From a virus (taxonomy: Duplodnaviria; Caudoviricetes), in IMG/VR virus record IMGVR_UViG_3300023119_000004: a DNA stretch of 64,000 nt; one strand, 5' to 3'. The position numbers were made by a program, and so were the translations under genes. Every line of letters begins with the position of its first letter. Position 1 is the stretch's first letter. Shown here in pieces: positions 41,503 through 50,186 of this stretch. The notes under the pieces are model-generated. The model was not told the DNA's origin and ran no database searches. It worked only from the letters and a program-made list of their open reading frames with translations.

Positions 41503-42523
41503 ATGCTTTTGCCACCGGTAGTAGATAATCTTTAATATGCATATTTCTAAAGTTATCTAATCTTGTTATACATCTTTTAAAGTGTTCAATAATTTCAGGA
41601 TCAGCAGGATCATTAGACCATTTGTCAACTCCTTGGAATTGCTTTTTAAGTTCGTCAGGAGCATTTTTAATATGTAACCAATCAGGTAACATTAATAAGT
41701 TTTCAAAAACTTTCCAACCTTGTTTGTCTGCATACTCTTTAATATCATCATAGAACCATGCGTTTAAAATACTAATTGTTGGACTAATATCAACTTTACA
41801 AAAGTCTGCCCAACGTAGTGCGTTACGTTCTACTTCTTCCCATTTAGAGCCATGACGAATATAATCAATACGTCTATCAGTTGCATCTAAAGAAAAACTC
41901 ATAATAACCATTTTAAATTCTCTTAAAAGTTTTTCAAGTTTAGGATTCCAAATAGTGCAGTTAGTGTTAAATCTAATTGTTACAGATCTATCAAGTTTTT
42001 CTAAAAAAGTAGGCAAGTGTTTTACCATCATAGGTTCGCCACCTGTCATATACACTTCTTGTAAAGGCAAATCTAATAATTTATCAAATGCTTCTTCAGT
42101 ACCCCAGTTAAAATTAGGAACTTCAAGAATACCATGTAATGGTTCAATGCCTGCTTTTTTCATAGCAATGGCTTCTTCAGCAATACTGCTACTGCTCATA
42201 TGCCAACAACTAATACATTTTAAATTACAACTATTACCTACACGAATATCTAAATGACTAAGACCAGGGCCATACCTGCGTGTTTTTTGACGCTGACTTC
42301 CTAGTCCTCGTTCTTCCATATGTTGACAACGTTTACAAGCATCTGGCCATTCATCTCTTTCCATTTGCTCTCTAACGCCTCTATGGAATTCACTGTCGTG
42401 CCATTCTTGTGGAGTATGTGTACGGATGTTATACTTGTTAGGTGGTTCTAAACTCATACAACAAAGACGATACTGACCGTCAGTTCCAACATTAATTTGG
42501 TTATCTAAATATTTGCATCTCAT
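41489..42523 (-). CDS. Radical SAM protein with N-terminal twitch/SPASM domain
   Basis: MRCKY..RLCC..ACKRC. NSCNLKCISC and MTGGEP. Confidence 0.85.
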   Translation of the reverse strand: MRCKYLDNQINVGTDGQYRLCCMSLEPPNKYNIRTHTPQEWHDSEFHRGVREQMERDEWPDACKRCQHMEERGLGSQRQKTRRYGPGLSHLDIRVGNSCNLKCISCWHMSSSSIAEEAIAMKKAGIEPLHGILEVPNFNWGTEEAFDKLLDLPLQEVYMTGGEPMMVKHLPTFLEKLDRSVTIRFNTNCTIWNPKLEKLLREFKMVIMSFSLDATDRRIDYIRHGSKWEEVERNALRWADFCKVDISPTISILNAWFYDDIKEYADKQGWKVFENLLMLPDWLHIKNAPDELKKQFQGVDKWSNDPADPEIIEHFKRCITRLDNFRNMHIKDYLLPVAKAYGLD

Positions 42524-42542
42524 ATTGTTTTGACAGACCCTT

Positions 42543-42567
42543 CTGTTCTGATAAGTATATTTAACAG
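42543..42567. promoter_or_regulatory. Putative bidirectional late promoter between divergent blocks
   Basis: ATAAGTA (+, 42551-57) abuts TATTTA (minus-strand TAAATA, 42558-63), flanked by CTGTT/AACAG. Confidence 0.5.
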
Positions 42568-42591
42568 ATACTTTAATTCAAATGAGGAAAC

Positions 42592-43290
42592 ATGACTGAA
42601 CTTCAAACACTTTTTGAACAACATAAAGACCCAATTAGTGTACAATACCCTGAACAATTTGATCCTAAATGGGTAATAATGGAAAGTGGTTGGCCTTGCT
42701 TTAGGCTAAGTGCGTTAGATAACCAGCCATGGAAAGAAATGCATAAAGAAGCAGAAGCACTTACAGATAAGTTTTTTTCGCATAGAGAAGATACATATGG
42801 TAAAGGTTGGAAAAGTTTAACAATACACGGACTTAATGATGATACACAAAGTCTTGACACTTACGGTGAGCGTAGTGAAATTATTAAAGAACTAAATTGG
42901 ACATACGTAGCAGATAAGTGTCCTGTAACTAAAAAGTTTTTAACAGATGTTTGGCCTGCAGAATACTTAAACCGTGTACGTTTTATGTTGCTCGAACCCG
43001 GCGGATATATTTTACCACATCAAGATAGGCCAGATACAGAAAAACGTTTAAGTGTTTGTAATATTAGTTTGAATAATCCAGAAGGTTGTAAGTTTATTTT
43101 TAAAGACAAAGGCATTGTACCGTTTGAAGATAATGGTAGTGCATTTTTAATGGATATTTCAAATGTTCATAGTGTTTGGAACAATAGTGATAAGCCTCGC
43201 ATTCATATGATTATACATTATGAGTTGGGTAGACGTATTAGAGATTTTTTCTACGTGCTAAGACAAAGTTACTATACTAATAGAGGGTAA
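42592..43290 (+). CDS. Asp/Asn beta-hydroxylase-like 2OG-Fe(II) oxygenase
   Basis: RVRFM..PGGYILPHQD, distal NVHSVWN..PRIHMI. Close paralogue of 34878..35519 (GKGWKSLTIHG versus GKGWRSLTLHG). Confidence 0.8.
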   Translation: MTELQTLFEQHKDPISVQYPEQFDPKWVIMESGWPCFRLSALDNQPWKEMHKEAEALTDKFFSHREDTYGKGWKSLTIHGLNDDTQSLDTYGERSEIIKELNWTYVADKCPVTKKFLTDVWPAEYLNRVRFMLLEPGGYILPHQDRPDTEKRLSVCNISLNNPEGCKFIFKDKGIVPFEDNGSAFLMDISNVHSVWNNSDKPRIHMIIHYELGRRIRDFFYVLRQSYYTNRG

Positions 43291-43291
43291 C

Positions 43292-44761
43292 ATGAAAGAC
43301 TGGAATAGCATTACAGTAGACAGATACTACGAGAATCTAAACATTGATAACAAAGTTGCAATTGGTATTTTAGATATTTCAAGAGATATACCTAATAAAT
43401 TTTTACAAAAACGTACATTTGACATGACATACTTTTATATTAATCGTATGTTAAAGATGGGTATCTGTAATTATGTAGGATTCCATAATAAAGTAGAAAC
43501 AATACTTGAAGAAGCATTAGCAAAAGGAAAAGATTATGCTATGATTGCTTGTCAAGGGTTACTTTTATATCGAGGTCCAAGTTTAGTGCAGAAAAGTGTA
43601 GAATATGCTGAAAAGAATCCGCAGTTTTTTGTAATAGGGCATATTATGGATAAGAAAAAGCAACACTATCTTACAACAGGTGCTTATCCAGGACTACATA
43701 GACAGTATTTGTTTGTTAACATTGCTAAGTGGGTTGAACTAGGCAAACCAGCATTTGATGAAATAGGTGTATACTGGGATCGTAAGCCAACATTACAAAA
43801 TTATGAACTAAGTGAAGAAACAATTCATAGCAATTACACGCCAGCCTGGATTAAAACAGGTAACGGAGAGTCAAAATATGCTACAACAGCAGACGGAAGT
43901 AACTGGATTGATCTAGCATTACGCAATAACATTACCATAGACAACTTAGATAATGATATGCGTGACTGTAAAGTATTTTTATATCCATACATAGAGTCGG
44001 ATAAACTTGCAGAAGCGTGGGTAGATAAAACTAAAGACGAAGGACTTAATCAAAGTCAAGCCGCTTGGATAAGAAAACTAGCATATCAAGAAGATATTGA
44101 AAAAGATAGGGTATATGCTTTTAACACAGAAACACTTTCAGGTGAAGGTGTGCGTACAAACGGAAAGTATATTGATCATTTCTTTACTGCGGCCGCAGGC
44201 TTTAAGCCTCTTGCTATATTAAATGCCAACGGATTCCATAGGGGCACTACTGTACATTACTTTGATTGGTGTGAAGCAAGTTTAAACTATAAAAAGCACT
44301 TACTTGAAACGTGGGATGGCTATGATTTAGATAAATGGTTATTAGAACACGACTTAGAATATAACTTTAGTTCAACATATAGAGGAAACTACAAGCAATT
44401 CTGGGAACAAGAAATGAAAGAACACGGTGGCAGTTTAGCATTCCAGCGTTTATGGTCACGTTATAAAGAACTAAAACACGAGTTCCATCTTGTTGATATT
44501 GTTAACGAGCCAAACCTATTATTTGACCAAATAAATAATGTACATGGTACAAAAGTATTGTGGACTACAAATATATGGTCCAGCGAAATGTTACATTGGA
44601 ACGTTGAACCAGAGCAATTAGAAGAAAAGTGGAAAGTATTTAGACAACTCATACCTGATGACCTAGTGTTATACGGTCATGATTACATTGGAGTTGATCT
44701 ATATGAAAGTGTAAGAAATGGAAACGCAACAACACACCCAAGATTTCAAACGATATATTGA
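43292..44761 (+). CDS. Hypothetical two-domain protein (489 aa), C-terminal half possibly a SAM-binding fold
   Basis: Long intact ORF with FFTAAAGF..VHYFDW pattern; no secure family assignment. Confidence 0.45.
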   Translation: MKDWNSITVDRYYENLNIDNKVAIGILDISRDIPNKFLQKRTFDMTYFYINRMLKMGICNYVGFHNKVETILEEALAKGKDYAMIACQGLLLYRGPSLVQKSVEYAEKNPQFFVIGHIMDKKKQHYLTTGAYPGLHRQYLFVNIAKWVELGKPAFDEIGVYWDRKPTLQNYELSEETIHSNYTPAWIKTGNGESKYATTADGSNWIDLALRNNITIDNLDNDMRDCKVFLYPYIESDKLAEAWVDKTKDEGLNQSQAAWIRKLAYQEDIEKDRVYAFNTETLSGEGVRTNGKYIDHFFTAAAGFKPLAILNANGFHRGTTVHYFDWCEASLNYKKHLLETWDGYDLDKWLLEHDLEYNFSSTYRGNYKQFWEQEMKEHGGSLAFQRLWSRYKELKHEFHLVDIVNEPNLLFDQINNVHGTKVLWTTNIWSSEMLHWNVEPEQLEEKWKVFRQLIPDDLVLYGHDYIGVDLYESVRNGNATTHPRFQTIY

Positions 44762-45386
44762 AACTTGTGAACCTTTAGACTTAGGATTCAAAGTTAAAAA
44801 ATTGTTTGAAGTAGATGTAGAAAAAATACAAGAGTGGTATAAAACTCTTGAAGAAAATTATTCTGATTGGAAGTTTGTTATTGGTGAAAATCATCACGTA
44901 TGGAAGTTTCCTATTGTAGATCCTGAAGCAAAGACAGGACATTACTTGCCAGATGATGCGGCATACTATACACTTTGTTGGAACAGTGATGAACCTGGAC
45001 CTAAACCATTTGAACAAGGATGTGCTAAAGAGGAATATCGTGACAACGATAATGATGAATTAAATCCTCGTAAATGTTTTACAGGATACGGATTAGAACT
45101 TGTAAAGCAATTACCTTTTAAAAGTAAAAAGTGGTTGGTAACAATACATACCCCAGGAACAAAATTAATTACACATCAAGATCAACCTGACAAATTGCGT
45201 GTACATATTCCAATTCATACTAATGAAGATAGTAATTGGATTATTGGAGGCGAAGAATTTCATATGGAACCGGGTTGGGCATATCTTGTCAACACAACTA
45301 TTCCGCATAGTGTAGAAAACAAAGGTAGTACAAACAGAATACACTTGTACGGAAAGGTATGGACTGAAGATGTTAGTAGAATATAG
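44718..45386 (+). CDS. Asp/Asn beta-hydroxylase-like 2OG-Fe(II) oxygenase
   Basis: PGTKLITHQD..RVHIPI, distal IPHSVEN..RIHL. Confidence 0.8.
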   Translation: METQQHTQDFKRYIETCEPLDLGFKVKKLFEVDVEKIQEWYKTLEENYSDWKFVIGENHHVWKFPIVDPEAKTGHYLPDDAAYYTLCWNSDEPGPKPFEQGCAKEEYRDNDNDELNPRKCFTGYGLELVKQLPFKSKKWLVTIHTPGTKLITHQDQPDKLRVHIPIHTNEDSNWIIGGEEFHMEPGWAYLVNTTIPHSVENKGSTNRIHLYGKVWTEDVSRI

Positions 45387-45837
45387 ATCAAAAGAAAGTT
45401 TTATTACCTATGCAAAGTTTAATGACATAGACGACACAACTGTTGATAATAAAAAAGATTTCTTTATTTGTATTGAGCCGTCAGGCGGCCCACATTGTGA
45501 TCCGTATTTTAAAAGACAACATTCAAACGTTATAACATTAAAGTTTGACGATGTTCCCGAGGACACTCGAAAGTGGGGCGGCGACTTTGATATGTGGTTT
45601 GAAGCAAAAGCAATGCGTGGATACCAGGCAGACGAATTAGTAAAATTTATAAAAACTATTCCTGAAGATGCTAATGTTCATGTTTATTGTATAAAAGGAC
45701 AAGTAAGAAGTAAAGCAGTTGCAGACTTTATAAAAGAAACTTTGTTAAATACTGATGAACAAAAGCCTACACCAGGCGCAGTTAATTCTTATTACTATGT
45801 AAAAGAAATGCTAAGGACAACATGGACAGATACATAA
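45370..45837 (+). CDS. PTP/DSP-like cysteine phosphatase
   Basis: VHVYCIKGQVRSKAVA is a CX5R(S) P-loop; upstream FDD acid loop. Confidence 0.6.
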   Translation: MLVEYRSKESFITYAKFNDIDDTTVDNKKDFFICIEPSGGPHCDPYFKRQHSNVITLKFDDVPEDTRKWGGDFDMWFEAKAMRGYQADELVKFIKTIPEDANVHVYCIKGQVRSKAVADFIKETLLNTDEQKPTPGAVNSYYYVKEMLRTTWTDT

Positions 45838-46562
45838 CAGATTACAACCCAGAAGATTTTACACCAGAATTTCTTAATAGTTATGACTGGGATATTATTG
45901 AGTTTAAAGCAACTATTGATATTTCGTTGCTTGAAGATTATTATGATGTACTAAAAACTGATCTAGCACATTTAGAATTTCACTTTGGATTAAAAGAATA
46001 CATTAAAAAAGAAATTTTTGAAATGTGGACTGAAACAAATAGGGTAGGAAACTACGAAGGCAACGTTAGCGGTTGGGGAATATCTTGGCCTGCCGAACGT
46101 AACATTCCTTGTGCAGGAAAACGTCATGTTAATCCTATACATTATCCTGAATTAGAAAAATACGATTTAGATGCCGACGGTGATGGGTTTTATGCTGATT
46201 CTAAAATTATGAGTGTATATAAATTTGGTATAGTAAACAAGATGATTAAAGAGTGGGGCGAACCAGCACTAAGACAGTTACTAGCAATTAAGCATCCACC
46301 AGGCACCCGTGTGCATAATCATCATGATGGATCATATAAGAAGTTGCATATTCCAATGCACTCAAATGATCAAGCACTATTCTGTTTTGGTGAAAACGAC
46401 GAGCGTAAGTATGTAATGAAGCCAGGCAAAATATATATGATTAATCCTATAGTAAATCATAGCACAATTAACAACGGAACCACCGAACGAGTGCATTTTT
46501 TAACTAGAATCGACCCAGAATATGTTACCACCTTCGCTGGGATTACCACGCATATTAAATAA
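45822..46562 (+). CDS. Asp/Asn beta-hydroxylase-like 2OG-Fe(II) oxygenase
   Basis: PPGTRVHNHHD..KLHIPM, distal VNHSTIN..RVHF. Confidence 0.75.
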   Translation: MDRYITDYNPEDFTPEFLNSYDWDIIEFKATIDISLLEDYYDVLKTDLAHLEFHFGLKEYIKKEIFEMWTETNRVGNYEGNVSGWGISWPAERNIPCAGKRHVNPIHYPELEKYDLDADGDGFYADSKIMSVYKFGIVNKMIKEWGEPALRQLLAIKHPPGTRVHNHHDGSYKKLHIPMHSNDQALFCFGENDERKYVMKPGKIYMINPIVNHSTINNGTTERVHFLTRIDPEYVTTFAGITTHIK

Positions 46563-46565
46563 ATA
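46556..46565 (+). promoter_or_regulatory. T4-like late promoter motif (TAAATAAATA)
   Basis: Tandem TAAATA at the stop of the preceding gene, upstream of the GGAG RBS and the ATG at 46589. Confidence 0.55.
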
Positions 46566-46588
46566 TAGTATAGAGTATGGAGAAAAAT

Positions 46589-47830
46589 ATGTCAAATGTT
46601 TATTATACAAACGTGCTTGACGACCCTTATTACATTGGAAATGGCACATTTTTGTCAGTAGTTACTAACGGTAAGGTCAGAGTTGAGGGCGAAACCGATA
46701 GAGATTACAACAAAGATGCAGGTGCTAAAGCCGGTCTTTTAAAGATTAACACTGATAACGAAACTGTAAAGTTTATTGATTTTAGTGAGCAAAGTGAAGA
46801 CGGTGACAGATATCGTGCTGTTGCTGTAGTAGGCAAGTATGCTTATGTAATGCGTACACAAAAGAAACACGTAGATAGTATTGTGCGTATGGCTAAAGTT
46901 GACCTTGATACTGACACAGTTGAAATGATTCAAGATAAAGCAATTACTATTCATGGTGTTGAAACACCTAAAACATTCTGCGGTCACTTTAACTTTGGTA
47001 GACCTGTAGTTGTTGGTAAAAAAATTATTTACCCACCATTAAACAGTGGTGTTGTAATCATTTATGATACAGAATCAGAAAAAATGATTGCACGTGATGT
47101 TGCTGACGAAACAGCATCTGTACATTGTACATATATTGAAAAGACTAACGAAGTAGCATTTTTCCCATACGGTAATCCAACAGACCAATTGTTAGTTCTT
47201 TCATTAGACGATTACTCTACTAAATTAGTTACTGCTCCAGTTAAAGGTGCATTCTACGGTGCTATTAGTCGCAACGATAAAATTGTAGGCTTACCATTAG
47301 TAATGGGCGAAACTAAAGAATTACATTTTTGGATTTATGATGGCAATGAAATTACTTCAGTACCTTACGTACTTGAAGATTCAGAAAGTGAAGTTGGACA
47401 ACTTGGTTTCAAGAATGGGGTTATTGTTGACAACAGATTAATTGCACATAGTTCTTGGGAAAAGTGTCAAGAACTAATTGATCTAAATTTAGATACACTA
47501 GAAATTAAAAGAACTAGAACAGATAGATCATTAGGGTCTATGCCTGTTGTAGGTGATAGCATTATGTTAATGCCTTCAGTACAGCATCCATCAATGTCTA
47601 ACATTGCACCAGGTGCAGTATTTGATGTTAACGATTCTGGTGTTACAGAAAGTTTCAATCTAAAAACTAATAACATTTATGTAGGTGTTGCTTCTAAAGA
47701 AACAAATAAAGCAGTAACAGTTCCATTTAGATTTGATTTAGTTGACAATGTTCTTAAGTCAGAGATGTTATTTGTTGATCTGAAAAACAAGGAATCTAAG
47801 CAGATTGCATTTGAGTTAGAAATGGAATAA
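46589..47830 (+). CDS. Beta-propeller-like repeat protein, third distant member
   Basis: YPPL, FPYG and LPLV repeats, FGRPVVVG (compare FGRPVIY in 38699..39835). ATG 46589 has a GGAG RBS; the ORF track starts at 46577. Confidence 0.5.
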   Translation: MSNVYYTNVLDDPYYIGNGTFLSVVTNGKVRVEGETDRDYNKDAGAKAGLLKINTDNETVKFIDFSEQSEDGDRYRAVAVVGKYAYVMRTQKKHVDSIVRMAKVDLDTDTVEMIQDKAITIHGVETPKTFCGHFNFGRPVVVGKKIIYPPLNSGVVIIYDTESEKMIARDVADETASVHCTYIEKTNEVAFFPYGNPTDQLLVLSLDDYSTKLVTAPVKGAFYGAISRNDKIVGLPLVMGETKELHFWIYDGNEITSVPYVLEDSESEVGQLGFKNGVIVDNRLIAHSSWEKCQELIDLNLDTLEIKRTRTDRSLGSMPVVGDSIMLMPSVQHPSMSNIAPGAVFDVNDSGVTESFNLKTNNIYVGVASKETNKAVTVPFRFDLVDNVLKSEMLFVDLKNKESKQIAFELEME

Positions 47831-48423
47831 TGCCTGAGAACTTTGAAGTCATTGAATTAGATAACTTCAAGTTTTCGTTGGAAGAATTAGAACATTACTA
47901 TCATACAGTTCAATCAAATTTCAGTTACTTGAAGTGGGCGCCTGACGCTGATACAGACACTAAAGATCATAATGTTAGTGAAGTGTACGGTTGGGCAATC
48001 CAAAGTAATTTAAAAGATCCAAAGAAACCCTGTTCCCCATACGATATTTCTAAAGGTGATGATGTTGTAGGAACGTTTGATGTTCCAACAGAATTAATAT
48101 TTGGATTTGCAGAAAAGTTTTTAAAGGCATTGCCTTTTGTAAGACAAACCGTTATTACTGCTCACCCGCCTGAAACTAAGATAAATTTACATAGTGACAA
48201 TGAAGAATTTTACAAGATTCATATGCCAATAACAGCAAACAATGAATCTATGTTTAATTTTGAAGGTAAAGAATATAATTTGCAACCAGGTAAAGCATAC
48301 TTGATTAATACAGAAAAATTACACGGTACATTTAATAAAGGTGAAACAACTCGTGTACATTTCATTACAAAGTTACGTATTGAAGATATGAATAAAGTGG
48401 TTAACAATGAGTACACAATATAA
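47830..48423 (+). CDS. Asp/Asn beta-hydroxylase-like 2OG-Fe(II) oxygenase
   Basis: PPETKINLHSD..KIHMPI, distal KLHGTFN..RVHF. Confidence 0.8.
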   Translation: MPENFEVIELDNFKFSLEELEHYYHTVQSNFSYLKWAPDADTDTKDHNVSEVYGWAIQSNLKDPKKPCSPYDISKGDDVVGTFDVPTELIFGFAEKFLKALPFVRQTVITAHPPETKINLHSDNEEFYKIHMPITANNESMFNFEGKEYNLQPGKAYLINTEKLHGTFNKGETTRVHFITKLRIEDMNKVVNNEYTI

Positions 48424-49633
48424 AAAAATATGTATCATAGGAGGCGGAACAACTGGTTGGTGGACCGCAGGATACTTAGAAAATAAATTTCCAGACATTG
48501 AAATTACACTAATCGAAAGCAGTGATATTCCTATCATTGGAGTAGGTGAAAGTACATTGCCTATGATAAAATCATTCTTTGAAAGTTTCGGAATGGATGA
48601 AAAAGAATGGATGCCTAAGTGTGATGCTGTACATAAGTTTGGTAATATAAAACAAGGTTGGGATAAACCAGACGGTGAAGAATTTGCATTTACATTTTGG
48701 TACAACGATAATGATGCATTTAATACTTGGTACAAAGAGTTTGAACAAGGTAAAGTAGATAAGCATAGTATTAATGATCTATATGATCGCGATGCTTGGA
48801 GAGCAGTAGCATATCATTTACACGCAGAAGAAGCCGGGCGTATTGTTAAAGATAATTGTAAACGTGTAAAGCACGAAATTGCAACACTAGATACATTACC
48901 AGAAGGTTATGACTTGTATATTGATTGTACAGGACTTCGTAGACAATTTGTTAAAGACAAAACACTTGCAGATTTATCTGAGCATCATCTAGTTAATAGT
49001 GCTTGGGTTTGTCCGTTTGAACTTGACGAAATGGTTCCGTATACTAGAACAATCGCTAGAGATTACGGATGGCAATTTAAAATTGGACTAACAAGTAGAA
49101 CAGGTACAGGATACTGTTTTGCAGATCAATATGTTGACGATGATACAGCATTAGAACAATTTAAAGAATATACTAAAGAACTAACACCCTGGCAAGACAA
49201 AGAGCCGAGACTAATTAAATGGCAACCTGGGTGGTTAGAAAATGCTTGGCAAGACAACGTAGTTGCTATAGGCATGAGTCAAGGATTTATTGATCCGTTA
49301 GAATCAAATGCATTGTTTATGATACAGCATGGTATTACTACTCTTGCTAATTGCATTGAAAGAGGTTACGGTGCTAGAGCATATAACAAAATGGTTAAAC
49401 GTACCTGGAAAGAAAACAGTGATTATATTCTTCATCATTACGGTTTAAGTTCACGTAACGATACAGAGTTTTGGAAGCATTATTCTAAACTAGACTTTTC
49501 TAAAACTTTATGGGAACACTATGCTAAGACTGGAAACAAATACACTAATTTGTATCCTGATGCTATCTGGGCAACACTTGGCTTATACTACGAAAACTTT
49601 ACTTACTATCAAAATAAGCAGAACGCTGTTTAA
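48407..49633 (+). CDS. Flavin-dependent (tryptophan-halogenase family) enzyme, shortened variant
   Basis: IIGGGTTGW FAD motif, IGVGESTLP, WMPKCDAVHK (catalytic Lys position), IDCTG, FIDPLES. The WxWxIP motif appears as WQFKIG. Confidence 0.8.
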   Translation: MSTQYKKICIIGGGTTGWWTAGYLENKFPDIEITLIESSDIPIIGVGESTLPMIKSFFESFGMDEKEWMPKCDAVHKFGNIKQGWDKPDGEEFAFTFWYNDNDAFNTWYKEFEQGKVDKHSINDLYDRDAWRAVAYHLHAEEAGRIVKDNCKRVKHEIATLDTLPEGYDLYIDCTGLRRQFVKDKTLADLSEHHLVNSAWVCPFELDEMVPYTRTIARDYGWQFKIGLTSRTGTGYCFADQYVDDDTALEQFKEYTKELTPWQDKEPRLIKWQPGWLENAWQDNVVAIGMSQGFIDPLESNALFMIQHGITTLANCIERGYGARAYNKMVKRTWKENSDYILHHYGLSSRNDTEFWKHYSKLDFSKTLWEHYAKTGNKYTNLYPDAIWATLGLYYENFTYYQNKQNAV

Positions 49634-50186
49634 AATATTCTTCAACATTTACCCTATACAAGTTTTGTTTTGTAAAGTATAGGTCTATATTTTCATATTC
49701 TAAACTTAATAATTTACGTTTGATTAATAACGGAGTCATCATACTAGTAAGTTTATGACTGCTAGGTGCATCGTTATTTTTATCTATGTTTGTGCTTATG
49801 TAAAGTTTTGCTTGTGGGTCTTGTTTTAATATATCGTTAATTTGTGCTTCTAATAAGTAAGTCCAGTGAACAACACTAGCATATACATCTTTACTAAAAG
49901 TATTAGGATTGTATCCTGGGAGTTGAGCACCGCGGAATAACACACGATACGAGTGTTCGTCTATGTTTAATTTATGATATCCTGCAATAGAATAAATTTT
50001 ACTTTCGTCTAATGCCGCAAACCAAGTAGCAGTATCCCACTTCATTCTTTCTAAAGACTTATTATTTTGTAATCCTAATTTGTTACATTCTTCACAAAAA
50101 TCTTTTACAGAAAAGACATCTACTTCAGAAAGTTTTACTATTCTTCTAGTATCGTTATTAAAAATTGTTCTTCCAAGTTCTTCCAT
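49599..50186 (-). CDS. Hypothetical protein, possible GNAT-like acyltransferase
   Basis: Size and beta pattern (IYSIAGYH..YRVLFRG) only loosely resemble GNAT; adjacent to the adenylating enzyme. Confidence 0.35.
   Translation of the reverse strand: MEELGRTIFNNDTRRIVKLSEVDVFSVKDFCEECNKLGLQNNKSLERMKWDTATWFAALDESKIYSIAGYHKLNIDEHSYRVLFRGAQLPGYNPNTFSKDVYASVVHWTYLLEAQINDILKQDPQAKLYISTNIDKNNDAPSSHKLTSMMTPLLIKRKLLSLEYENIDLYFTKQNLYRVNVEEYFKQRSAYFDSK

Noticed and set aside
34878-48423. TET/JBP-type DNA dioxygenases
   Set aside because: The motif spacing (HxD then a distal H with RIH/RVH) fits the AspH-like subfamily. No adjacent DNA methylase or hydroxymethylase was seen in the window.
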